In this document: positions 18,672 through 27,049 of the stretch, one piece after another
Layout: every line of letters starts with the position of its first letter
Numbering within the stretch: the stretch's first letter is position 1
From: an uncultured Acidimicrobiia bacterium
Lineage (GTDB): Bacteria > Actinomycetota > Acidimicrobiia > Acidimicrobiales > AC-14
Reading direction: 5' to 3'
Assembly (NCBI GenBank): GCA_963773275.1
Contig: CAVZAH010000009.1
Span: forward strand, 865-64,864
Length of the DNA stretch: 64,000 bases
Program-made: the position numbers and the translations under genes
The notes under the pieces: generated by a model
Told to the model about the DNA's origin: nothing
What the model saw: only the letters and a program-made list of their open reading frames with translations
The model's database searches: none

Positions 18672-19693
18672 CGGGGCAGGTACGCCATCGCGTCCAACAG
18701 TGCGTCACAGAGCTCAGGCAGCGCGGCCAGGGCGTCCGGACGGTCCACGATGCGAACGGGGGTGGTGCGAGCCAGATCGACCAACGTCAGGAAGCGCTCC
18801 TGGTCGACCGTCGAGTCGAGCCACGCAGGCGTGAGCAGCTGTCCCGCCAACTGTGGCACCGCCGCGGCCGCGGGCAGGGCGGTGACACGCGGCTCCACTA
18901 ATGCGTCGCTGCGGGGCGGCAGCAGGAAGATCCCCGCCAACGGCAGCGGCGCACCTGCACTGCCGAGGCTCGCAGGCTCCCCGAGGGAGACGACGGCCTT
19001 CTCCTCGAGTCGCTGATAGTCGACGCCGGCGAGCTGTGGTGAACGCGACCAGAGCGGGGTTGCGGCTTTCGCCGGTATGGCGAGCACAGCCTGGGCCTCG
19101 GGTGTCAACCGGACGCCGCTCAGACCGGGGAAGACGGCCCAGCACTCGGGCAGCCGGGTCAGGGCGGCCACATCGTCGCTGACGCCACGACAACCGCGCT
19201 GCATCAGGGCGCTGACAGTGGTGGACTTCCCGGCCCCTCGGATACCGGCGAAGAGAAAGGCTCGGTCGCGCCACGCGACGACGCTGCCGTGAATCACGAG
19301 TCTCCCGTGCCGGTGCAGCAGGTAGCCCATCACTGTGCTGAACAACAGTGTCGAGACGTAGGAGAGCGGCACGGCAGCGGTCCACGAGACGACCACCCTC
19401 GCGCCACCGGGCGAGATGTCGAACTGGACGTGGTGGTCGGCGTAGCCGAAACGCAGTCGAGTCCACTCACCCTCGACCTCCGACGAGAAGGACACGGCCA
19501 GCCATCCACCCGTCTCCTCGACGATGACGGTGGACCCGGCCACGACTGCCTCGTCTCCGTCGTTGCGCACGCCCACACAGTCGACCTGCACGTCCCCTGG
19601 TCCGGCTGCATCCTGGCCGAGGTCCGGCGCATCGAGCCGAGCGTCGCAGGCCAGCGTCAGCCCAAACACGTTGTAGTGGAACGCGTGAGGCAC
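18668..19693 (-). CDS. HPr kinase/phosphorylase C-terminal-domain-like kinase (lasso-peptide-type precursor kinase candidate)
   Basis: P-loop FAGIRGAGKSTTVSAL in HprK-like context (GRLVIHGSVVAWRDRAFLFAG...). Confidence 0.65.
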   Translation of the reverse strand: MPHAFHYNVFGLTLACDARLDAPDLGQDAAGPGDVQVDCVGVRNDGDEAVVAGSTVIVEETGGWLAVSFSSEVEGEWTRLRFGYADHHVQFDISPGGARVVVSWTAAVPLSYVSTLLFSTVMGYLLHRHGRLVIHGSVVAWRDRAFLFAGIRGAGKSTTVSALMQRGCRGVSDDVAALTRLPECWAVFPGLSGVRLTPEAQAVLAIPAKAATPLWSRSPQLAGVDYQRLEEKAVVSLGEPASLGSAGAPLPLAGIFLLPPRSDALVEPRVTALPAAAAVPQLAGQLLTPAWLDSTVDQERFLTLVDLARTTPVRIVDRPDALAALPELCDALLDAMAYLPR

Positions 19694-19732
19694 GAGCGGC
19701 TCGGGAAGGCCTAGACCCCGGGGTCGCGCGGG

Positions 19733-19915
19733 CTAGGACGCATAGATGTTCGCACCACCGCCGCCATCGAAATTCGGCCCCGCGGCGTTCATCATGGTCA
19801 GGTCACGCACGTTGCCGTACGTGGACAGGGTTGGCGACTGGTAGTGCTTCTTGGCCGCCGGCGTGGTCGCGTCAGCGGCCATTGGGTCGGTTCCATCCTT
19901 GGGATGCTCATGCAT
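19733..19915 (-). CDS. lasso-peptide-type precursor peptide (leader ...KKHYQSPTLSTYGNVRDLTM, predicted core MNAAGPNFDGGGGANIYAS)
   Basis: Leader matches YxxPxLxxxGxxxxxTx with Thr at -2; core has Asp at position 9 and C-terminal Ser; 8-nt overlap with cyclase gene end; alternative internal Met start possible. Confidence 0.55.
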   Translation of the reverse strand: MHEHPKDGTDPMAADATTPAAKKHYQSPTLSTYGNVRDLTMMNAAGPNFDGGGGANIYAS

Positions 19916-21734
19916 GCGTGGTCTCCTCGAGGTCAGGGAGGTGAGTAGGTCGCTGGTCCCAGTGGGGCCGATGACGCAGCCAGTACGCCAGTTGGACGGG
20001 TGGTCGATCCGTCGCCCAGGTGTGAGCCTGCGCGGCCGCGGGCTGGCTTCTCACGGCCTCGAGCCAGTCGGCATCGACATAGGCTGCCATCTCCGGGGCA
20101 CCGAGCAGGTCGATCTCCCAGGCTGGGGCTCCCGTCCGGCTGTTCCGTTCGAGTGCGACGTCGCCGGGCATCACCGTCTTTGGTCGCGTGCGGACGACCT
20201 CCGGCAGGCGGTCGCCCATCGCCTCCCGCAACAGCCGCTTGCCGTCGAACCACGGCACCGGCGGGATCGCCAGCACGAACTCGAGCAGGCGCAGGTCGAA
20301 GAACGGGAAGCGGACGCTCAGCCGGAAACCGTTGTAGCCGGAATCCGACCACGCGAACAACGTCCGCCAGAGGGGCGCCTGCACCAGTCCGACCTGCTCG
20401 CGCAGGGCCCGCCGGTGGAAGGTGGCAGAGCGCTCGGCCAGGTCCATGCGCCGGGCCCACTCCGGGTTCACCCACGCGGGGAGCGGAACCGGTCGACCTC
20501 GCCGTTGACGGTCTCGACGACTGGTCACCAACCGCCGCAGGGGCCACTGCCAGGAGCCCTGCCGGAGCGCGGCCCAGGCTCGTCGCCACGCGAGATCGGG
20601 CGGAGCAAGGAGCGGGTCGCCGCCGTAGCCGGTCAGCAGGACAGGCGCGAACGCGGCGGTGCGCCGGCAGATCTCCGCCATCTGCCAGTACATGGCGGCG
20701 CCTGGTTCTGGCGGCACCCAGGCCGGATGGGCTTCGGGTTCGGCGCTCAGGTAGGTCTCGCCGTCCACCAGCTCGACGGGAAATCCCGCATGCTCCGCAA
20801 CCCGGGTCGCCAGAATCCCCTCCTCATCGGGGATCAGCGAGCGGTAGTCGATTGTGTACGCACGGAGATCGAACGGCCGACCGGTCGCTCGGAGGGAGTG
20901 GCGCGCGGTGACGGCGATGCTCGTCGAGTCCATCCCGCCGCTCAACTGGGTGCCGACACGGTCGGCGCGCAGACGGTCGCCGACGGCCTGGTCGAAGAGC
21001 AGCCGAAAGTGCTCCGCGTAATCTTCAGGGCGGCGATTGCGAAGGAGGCGCGCCGGCTGGCGCAACGTCCAGTAGCGCTCGATGCGCACTCCGCGCCCGT
21101 CCCACCAGAGTTTGTGAGCGGGCGGCAGGCGGCGAATCGCGGCATAGCCGGTCGCCGCGTCGTCGACGTAGACCGTGAACAGCGCCAGGTCCGCCAATGT
21201 CTGTTCGTCGAGGGTGTCGGCGACGCCGGGATGACGGAGCAGGCTGTGGAGGGTGTTGCCCAGAACGAGTGTGCCGTTGACCGTCGTGTAGAAGAGCTGG
21301 GCCACGCCAAGTTGATCGCGCGCCGCCAGCAGCCTTTGCCGGCGTTCGTCCCACAGGACAAAGGCGAAATCGCCGATCAGGTGATCGAGGCACGCGTCGC
21401 CCCAGGTCAGGTAGGCGTGGAGGATGAGCTCGACGTCGGGCGCGTCGCCGGCGACGTCGCGTCGCTGCGCACGCAAGCGTTGGATGAGCGCCGTCCGCCC
21501 GTCGATGCGGGCATCGGCTGCGATCCACACTTCGCCGTCAAGGCTGCAGGGCTGTATCTCGTGGGCCGACTCGATCGTCGTGCGGAAGAGCGTGTGCCCG
21601 AGCCCGACCCGCTCTCCCGCCCACGTGCGTTGCGCATCCGGGCCACGAAAGGCCATCGCCGCCGCCATCTGGGTCAGGAGTCCGCGGTCGAGGGGTGCGT
21701 GATCTGTGTTCAGCAACCCGACGAACCCGCTCAA
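19908..21734 (-). CDS. asparagine synthetase B-like lasso peptide cyclase (C protein)
   Basis: N-terminal glutaminase-like domain, PP-loop SGGMDS, ~608 aa; flanked by PqqD-like and precursor genes. Confidence 0.8.
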   Translation of the reverse strand: MSGFVGLLNTDHAPLDRGLLTQMAAAMAFRGPDAQRTWAGERVGLGHTLFRTTIESAHEIQPCSLDGEVWIAADARIDGRTALIQRLRAQRRDVAGDAPDVELILHAYLTWGDACLDHLIGDFAFVLWDERRQRLLAARDQLGVAQLFYTTVNGTLVLGNTLHSLLRHPGVADTLDEQTLADLALFTVYVDDAATGYAAIRRLPPAHKLWWDGRGVRIERYWTLRQPARLLRNRRPEDYAEHFRLLFDQAVGDRLRADRVGTQLSGGMDSTSIAVTARHSLRATGRPFDLRAYTIDYRSLIPDEEGILATRVAEHAGFPVELVDGETYLSAEPEAHPAWVPPEPGAAMYWQMAEICRRTAAFAPVLLTGYGGDPLLAPPDLAWRRAWAALRQGSWQWPLRRLVTSRRDRQRRGRPVPLPAWVNPEWARRMDLAERSATFHRRALREQVGLVQAPLWRTLFAWSDSGYNGFRLSVRFPFFDLRLLEFVLAIPPVPWFDGKRLLREAMGDRLPEVVRTRPKTVMPGDVALERNSRTGAPAWEIDLLGAPEMAAYVDADWLEAVRSQPAAAQAHTWATDRPPVQLAYWLRHRPHWDQRPTHLPDLEETTHA

Positions 21735-22024
21735 GCGCCTGGTCGTCCCGCGCGTCGGATCAACCCGGCGGCGGCCAGCTCACCAACCAGGCGATCGACG
21801 TCGCTCCGCACCGTCGCTTCGTCGACGTCGTACTCCTGCAGGATGGCGGCAACGACGGGCTCTGTGGTGCCGTGCTCTTCGAGCAGCTGCCACATGCGGC
21901 TACCGACTTCGTCCAACCCGAAGTAGGTCTCGGATGTGAGGTGAAGCAGCACGATTTCGGCGTCCAGTTGTTGATGAAGCACCGCATCGGGGATGGTGAT
22001 CGGTGAGCTGTCGGACTGGCTCAT
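21731..22024 (-). CDS. PqqD-family RiPP recognition element protein (lasso B1)
   Basis: 97 aa, VLLHLTSETYFGLDEVGSRMWQLLEE...LQEYDVDEATVRSDVDRLVGELAAAGLI; 4-nt overlap with cyclase start. Confidence 0.7.
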   Translation of the reverse strand: MSQSDSSPITIPDAVLHQQLDAEIVLLHLTSETYFGLDEVGSRMWQLLEEHGTTEPVVAAILQEYDVDEATVRSDVDRLVGELAAAGLIRRAGRPGA

Positions 22025-22137
22025 TCGCTACGTGCTCCTCCTCCGCGGTGCGAAACCGACTTCTCGGGTGCGTCGGCAAATGAGGTCATCAATGTAAGAC
22101 GTTCCAGGTGGTCGCCGCCCGTGAACGGCGGTGCGTC

Positions 22138-22857
22138 TCAGGTTTCCGGGACTGGAATCGCCGCGACCTCCAGGCGGGCCAGTCGTTCACGGACCGCGGG
22201 GGCGAAGGGGCTCCAGAGGAACCAGCGGCCGAAGGCGCGGGTGAGCGATGGGAGGCCTTGGATGGTGACGGTGCCGTCGCTGAGGGCGGTGGCCAGCGGC
22301 ACGATGCCGGAGAAGACGCGCATCAGGGCCACGGCGTCGGTGGTGACGAGGACGTCGGTGTCGAACCCGGGGTGCTTGACGCAGACGGACGGCTCCCCGC
22401 GATCGAGAACGAGCCAGATCGTGACGGCACCCGGACCGAGGTAGTCGAACTCGATGACGACGCGCCGGTCGGGCAGCCGGCCGTGGTCGACCCGCCGGTG
22501 CATCCACCACGTGAGGCTGATCGGATCGACCTCGGCCGGCTCGGGTTCGGCGAACAACCAGCGCACGGCCCACTCGCCGAGGGCGGCCAACACCGGCTCG
22601 AGATCCTTGCCGGCGGGGGTGAGGTGGTACTCGTTGCCGCGCCCCGATGCGGTCGGTCGACGCTCGAGGACGCCTTTGCGCTCGAGGTGGCGCAGCCGTT
22701 CGGCGAGCAGGGTGCGGGAGATGCCGGGCAGGCCCCGTTCGATGTCGTTGAAGCGGGTGCTGCCGATGACCATCTCCCGCAGGATGAGCGGGGTCCACCG
22801 GTCGGCGAGCACCTCGCTGCCGAGCGACACGGGACAGTACTGGCCGTACTCGCGCAC
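22138..22857 (-). CDS. HxlR-family winged-helix transcriptional regulator with C-terminal extension
   Basis: YCPVSLGSEVLADRWTPLILREM...RFNDIERGLPGISRTLLAERLRHLERKGVLER. Confidence 0.7.
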   Translation of the reverse strand: MREYGQYCPVSLGSEVLADRWTPLILREMVIGSTRFNDIERGLPGISRTLLAERLRHLERKGVLERRPTASGRGNEYHLTPAGKDLEPVLAALGEWAVRWLFAEPEPAEVDPISLTWWMHRRVDHGRLPDRRVVIEFDYLGPGAVTIWLVLDRGEPSVCVKHPGFDTDVLVTTDAVALMRVFSGIVPLATALSDGTVTIQGLPSLTRAFGRWFLWSPFAPAVRERLARLEVAAIPVPET

Positions 22858-22900
22858 GCTTCCAAGGGTACAGATCCCGTACTAGGCGCGCCTCCCGGCC

Positions 22901-24076
22901 GTGCGTATGGTCAGTCCCATGAGCACCTCAGAGGATGTACGCACCGAGGACCGGGAACGAGAGCTGGTGGCGTGGGCCGCGGAGCTCGGCGCCCAGATCG
23001 GCGAGCACGCCGCCCGCCACGACCGGGACGGCACATTCGTGGCCGAGGCCTACGAGATCCTCGGCCGATCGGGCTACCTGGCCCTCGCCGTCCCCGAGGA
23101 GCTCGGCGGGCGGGGGGCCACCATCCGCCAGGTCGCCATGGCCCAACGGGAGCTGGCCCGGCACTGCGCGTCGACCGCGCTGGCGTCGGTCATGCACCAC
23201 CACGTGGTGCTGTTCACGGCCTGGCGCTACCGCCGCGGCATGCCGGGCGCGGAGGCGACGTTGCGGCGGGTCGCCGCCGAGGGGATCGTGCTGGTCTCCA
23301 CCGGCGGGGCGGACCTGACCCGTCCCCGGGGCTCGGCAGTGAAGGTGGAGGGGGGATACCGGGTCAGCGGCCGGAAGATCTTCGCCAGCCAGTCGCCGGT
23401 GGGCACGGTGCTGTCCACCATGTTCCCCTTCGAGGACCCCGACGCCGGTCGCATCGTGCTCAACATGGCCGTCCCCATGGCGAGCGACGGGGTGAGCGTC
23501 CTGGAGACGTGGGATGCCCTCGGGATGCGCGGCACCGGGAGCCACGACATCGAGCTGCGCGACGTGTTCGTGCCCGAGGAGCGGGTGACGGCCCGACGCC
23601 CCTACGGCCGGATCGACAATCCCTTCCAGGTGATCCTGAGCATCGCCATGCCCCCCATCGCGGCCGTGTACCTCGGGGTGGCCGAGGCCGCCCGCGACCA
23701 CTCGGTGGCCCTGGTGACCGGCACGTCCCGGGCCGAGGACCCCACCGTCCAGCGCCTGATCGGACTCATGGACACCCGCCTGCGGGTCGCCGGCTGGGCC
23801 CTCGACGGCGCCCTGGCGATCGTCGGCGACGATCCCGGCCCGTCGATGGACACCGTGGTGGCCGTGATGGCCGCCAAGCGGGAGATCGCTCTCGGCGGCG
23901 CCGAGGTGTGCGACCTCGCCCTCGAGGTGGGCGGCGGCGCCGCGTTCTACCGGACCAAGCCCATCGAGCAGTGCTTCCGCGACATCCGCGGCGCCAAGTA
24001 CCACCCCCTCACCCCGGAGGAGTCCCTGGTGCACGCAGGCAAGGTCGCCCTCGGGCTCCCCGCCGACGAGCGCTGA
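22901..24076 (+). CDS. acyl-CoA dehydrogenase family protein
   Basis: ACAD three-domain pattern (...LGGRGATIRQVAMAQRELARHCASTAL...GGYRVSGRKIFASQ...); alternative start ATG 22919. Confidence 0.75.
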   Translation: MRMVSPMSTSEDVRTEDRERELVAWAAELGAQIGEHAARHDRDGTFVAEAYEILGRSGYLALAVPEELGGRGATIRQVAMAQRELARHCASTALASVMHHHVVLFTAWRYRRGMPGAEATLRRVAAEGIVLVSTGGADLTRPRGSAVKVEGGYRVSGRKIFASQSPVGTVLSTMFPFEDPDAGRIVLNMAVPMASDGVSVLETWDALGMRGTGSHDIELRDVFVPEERVTARRPYGRIDNPFQVILSIAMPPIAAVYLGVAEAARDHSVALVTGTSRAEDPTVQRLIGLMDTRLRVAGWALDGALAIVGDDPGPSMDTVVAVMAAKREIALGGAEVCDLALEVGGGAAFYRTKPIEQCFRDIRGAKYHPLTPEESLVHAGKVALGLPADER

Positions 24077-24156
24077 CCGCAGGCCGGGCCGGCTCCATCG
24101 GCCGACGCCTGAGACGTCCGGGCTCTGGTCGGCGAGTGGGCCATTACGATGGGTCC

Positions 24157-24717
24157 ATGGCGATCTCGGTCTCCCGCCGCCTCTTCACCGCCGACGAGTA
24201 CGAGCAGATGGCGGAAGCGGGGATCCTGCACGAGGACGACCGGCTCGAGCTGCTGGAAGGCGAGATCGTCGAGATGACCCCGATCGGCCCGCCCCACTCC
24301 GGGTGCGTGAACCAACTCAACCGTCTGTTCACCTCCCGCATCGGCGACCGGGCGGTGGTCGCCGTCCAGAACCCCATCCGCCTCGGGACGCTCTCCGAGC
24401 CCCAGCCCGACGTCGTCCTTCTCGAGCCCCGCGCCGACTTCTACTCCACCACCCATGCCGGCCCCGACGACGTGCTGCTGCTCGTCGAGGTCTCGTCGTC
24501 GGCGCCGTTCGACCGCCTCGTCAAGATGCCCCTCTACGCCCGGTATGGCATCCGCCAGGCATGGCTGGTCGACGTCGACGCCAAGGTGGTCGAGGTGTAC
24601 CGACTCACCGGCGAGGGCTCGTACGGTGACCCCGAACTGGTACAGGGACCGGCACGCGTCCCTGTCGACGCGTTCCCGGATGTCTCGGTGACCGCCGCCG
24701 ACATCCTGGGCGCCTGA
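24157..24717 (+). CDS. Uma2-family (DUF820) endonuclease
   Basis: FTADEYEQMAEAGILHEDDRLELLEGEIVEMTPIGPPH...DVVLLVEVSS typical Uma2; preceding 2 kb of listed ORF 22108-24717 is Arg/Gly-rich non-coding-like. Confidence 0.7.
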   Translation: MAISVSRRLFTADEYEQMAEAGILHEDDRLELLEGEIVEMTPIGPPHSGCVNQLNRLFTSRIGDRAVVAVQNPIRLGTLSEPQPDVVLLEPRADFYSTTHAGPDDVLLLVEVSSSAPFDRLVKMPLYARYGIRQAWLVDVDAKVVEVYRLTGEGSYGDPELVQGPARVPVDAFPDVSVTAADILGA

Positions 24718-24755
24718 CTCCGGAGAAGGCCCGGACGGCGGGTAGCTTCGGGGTC

Positions 24756-25028
24756 GTGGGCGAGACGATCACCGACGAGGAGCTCACCGCGTTGGCCCTG
24801 GCCGCCGATCCCGACATCGAGCTCGACGCCGACGCGGTGCCGATCGACCCGTGGGGCGGTGAGGAGCCCGTACACCCGCTGCCCGGCTGGTACATGCCGG
24901 TGCCGATGGGGACGCCCCGCCCGCTCCGGGGCTGGCGGCGGGGCGTCGTGCTGGTCGTCGTCGGCTCGTTCGTCCTCATCAACGCCTACGGCCTCTGCAG
25001 CACCTACGGCACGGTCGGCTTCGGCTGA
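24756..25028 (+). CDS. small hypothetical protein with C-terminal transmembrane helix
   Basis: Acidic N-terminus, VVLVVVGSFVLINAYGL hydrophobic segment; no homology recognised. Confidence 0.3.
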   Translation: MGETITDEELTALALAADPDIELDADAVPIDPWGGEEPVHPLPGWYMPVPMGTPRPLRGWRRGVVLVVVGSFVLINAYGLCSTYGTVGFG

Positions 25029-25045
25029 TTCGGCTGACGCTCAGC

Positions 25046-25732
25046 TCAGCGGTGCTCGGGGTTGGGGAAGTCGAACCGGCAGCCGGCGTCCCACTCGGAG
25101 CGCTGGTTGCCGTGGGCGGGGATGCCGCCGGCGTCCTTGAGCATGCGGCCCAGGTGGAGCAGGTTCCAGGTCATGAACGTGGTGTTGCGGTTGGTGAAGT
25201 CGTTCTCGGGGCCGCCCGAGCCGGGGTCGAGGTACGACGGGCCGGGTCCGGCCTCGCCGATCCAGCCGGCGTCGGCCTGGGGCGGGATGACATAGCCGAG
25301 GTGCTGCAGTGAGTAGAGGATGTTCATGGCGCAGTGCTTGACCCCGTCCTCGTTACCGGTGATCAGGCAGCCGCCCACCCGTCCGTAATAGGCGTACTGC
25401 CCGGCGTCGTTGAGCAGGTGGGAGTTGCCGTACAGGCGCTCGATGACCTTGGTGCACACCGACGACTTCTCGCCCAGCCAGATCGAGCTGCACAGCACGA
25501 GGATGTCGGCCGCCTTGACCTGCTCGAAGATGGCCGGCCACTCGTCGACGTCGAAGCCGTGCTCGGTCATGTCGGGGTAGACCCCGACGGGGATGTCGTG
25601 GTCGACGGCCCGCACCAGCTCCACCGTCACCCCCTGGCGGCGCATGATCTCCATGGAGATGTCCGCCAGCGCCTGGGTGTGGGACAGCTCCGGCGATCGC
25701 TTGAGCGTGCAGTTGATGAACAGGGCCCGCAT
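25046..25732 (-). CDS. NAD(P)H-dependent FMN reductase / flavodoxin-fold oxidoreductase
   Basis: MRALFINCTLKRSPELSHTQAL...ADILVLCSSIWLGEKSS typical FMN_red family. Confidence 0.6.
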   Translation of the reverse strand: MRALFINCTLKRSPELSHTQALADISMEIMRRQGVTVELVRAVDHDIPVGVYPDMTEHGFDVDEWPAIFEQVKAADILVLCSSIWLGEKSSVCTKVIERLYGNSHLLNDAGQYAYYGRVGGCLITGNEDGVKHCAMNILYSLQHLGYVIPPQADAGWIGEAGPGPSYLDPGSGGPENDFTNRNTTFMTWNLLHLGRMLKDAGGIPAHGNQRSEWDAGCRFDFPNPEHR

Positions 25733-25852
25733 GTCGGAGAAGTCCCACGTCGTCTGGCGACACAGGTCCTCCTGCTTCGGGGTCAGCTCCACGGATTCCT
25801 CTCCTCGCAGTCGGGTGTCGGCTGGTTGCTGTCCCGCGACCACGGTCCGGCG

Positions 25853-26527
25853 TTACGCCAACCGGGCCAGGGTCTCGGGGAGCTGGCGGAGGTCGGGCAG
25901 CTCCGCCGCCCAGAGCTCACCGCCCCGGCTGCGCTCCCCCCGCCGGTTGATCCACACGGTGGTGATCTCGAGCTCGGCGCACGGCTCGATGTCGTGGAAC
26001 AGGCTGGCCGCCACGTGGACGTGCGTTTCGGGGTATCCGGTGCGCCGCTCGAGCTCGTCCCAATGGCGGTGGCCGGGCTTGTAGGACCCGATCTCCGAGG
26101 CCACCACCCGCTCGTCGATGACGACGCCCAACCGGGCGATGGAAGCGTCGAGGAAGTCGGCATCGGTGTTGGACAGGATGGCCAGCTTCCAGCCGTCGGC
26201 CCGGAGCCGGGTGAGCGCCTCGGCGACCTCCGGGAACGGGGGCCACTCGGGCAGCGAGTCGGCCAGGGCGGTGGTGTCGCCGTCGGCCAGGGGCAGTCCC
26301 CGGACCGCGGCCAGTCCCCGGAGCGACCGCTCGAGCACCTGCCGGTAGGTGAGCGAGCCGTCGAACTGCACCACCGGCTCGACCGCGTGGTAGTAGGCCA
26401 GCAGCTCGTCGACGTTCTCGCCCGGCCACAGCCGGGAGAGCACCGCGGCGATGCCGCCGTTCCAGTCGATGAGCGTGCCGTAGCAGTCGAAGCTGGCCCA
26501 GCGGTCCACGGGCTCGAAGTGTGTCAC
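25853..26527 (-). CDS. HAD-superfamily hydrolase (haloacid dehalogenase-like)
   Basis: Motif I FDCYGTLIDW near N-terminus (GTG start 26527), SNTDADFL, SYKPGHRHW motifs. Confidence 0.6.
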   Translation of the reverse strand: MTHFEPVDRWASFDCYGTLIDWNGGIAAVLSRLWPGENVDELLAYYHAVEPVVQFDGSLTYRQVLERSLRGLAAVRGLPLADGDTTALADSLPEWPPFPEVAEALTRLRADGWKLAILSNTDADFLDASIARLGVVIDERVVASEIGSYKPGHRHWDELERRTGYPETHVHVAASLFHDIEPCAELEITTVWINRRGERSRGGELWAAELPDLRQLPETLARLA

Positions 26528-26535
26528 CCCCGCCG

Positions 26536-26647
26536 AACCGGTGACACGAACGGGCGTCCTGGCGACCAAAAACGTCACCGGTTGGCGGGCTCGGCCCAAC
26601 TGGTGACAGAAACGGGCGCCCTGGCGCCCAAAAACGTCACCGGTTCG
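26536..26647. repeat. two tandem ~50-bp imperfect direct repeats, each with nested dyad symmetry (GGTGACA...TGTCACC outer, GGGCGCC/GGCGCCC inner), directly upstream of the HAD start in the HAD/lon divergent region
   Basis: 26536-26585 AACCGGTGACACGAACGGGCGTCCTGGCGACCAAAAACGTCACCGGTTGG vs 26598-26647 AACTGGTGACAGAAACGGGCGCCCTGGCGCCCAAAAACGTCACCGGTTCG; a third GTGTCACC/GGTGACAC dyad overlaps the start codon. Confidence 0.6.
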
Positions 26648-27049
26648 CCCATCGCCCGCCCGGGGCGGGACGCGAAACGGCCCCGAGTAGCCCTCTGGGC
26701 CGAGACCCATCGCGCTTCTCGGGACCGCATTTCGCTCGGCTCCCCTTCCGCCTGCCGCCCGTGAGGGCAGGCCTGCTTCCGGTTCGCCTGCGTCCGCTGC
26801 TGCCCCACCGGGATCCTGCTCCGCTTCCGGCTTGCGCCCTCCGCTTCGCTCTCACCCAGTGTGCTCGGCACCGGACGAAGCTCACTGTACGGAAAACCGC
26901 TGGGGAATGGAAGGGGTGCAACCTGTGGATTTCCGAAGAACACCGAGTTTCTTCGCCTGGGCGCCCACCCCGGGAATCGCCGGGCCCGGAGCCGTGTTCC
27001 GATACATACCTGTTTCTTAACTCCCCTTCTCGAGAGTCAAGGTGGCCCC

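Noticed and set aside
16512-19016. 834-aa plus-strand ORF 16512-19016 and 691-aa ORF 19851-21926
   Set aside because: Antisense to the QW/kinase and cyclase genes. Low-complexity composition.
22108-24156. N-terminal 680 aa of 869-aa ORF 22108-24717
   Set aside because: Arg/Gly/Pro-rich translation that is antisense to the HxlR and ACAD genes. Only the C-terminal Uma2 domain (from ATG 24157) is credible.
25334-26764. 476-aa ORF 25334-26764(+), and ORFs 25917-26429(-), 26575-26943(-), 26637-27071(-)
   Set aside because: Overlap the FMN-reductase and HAD genes or the structured repeat region. They have no domain content. The repeat units translate in different frames, so they are not coding.
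26700-27049. Heat-shock operator (CIRCE or HAIR) upstream of lon
   Set aside because: Scanned the 350-bp leader. No TTAGCACTC-N9-GAGTGCTAA or CTTGAGT-N7-ACTCAAG match was seen.
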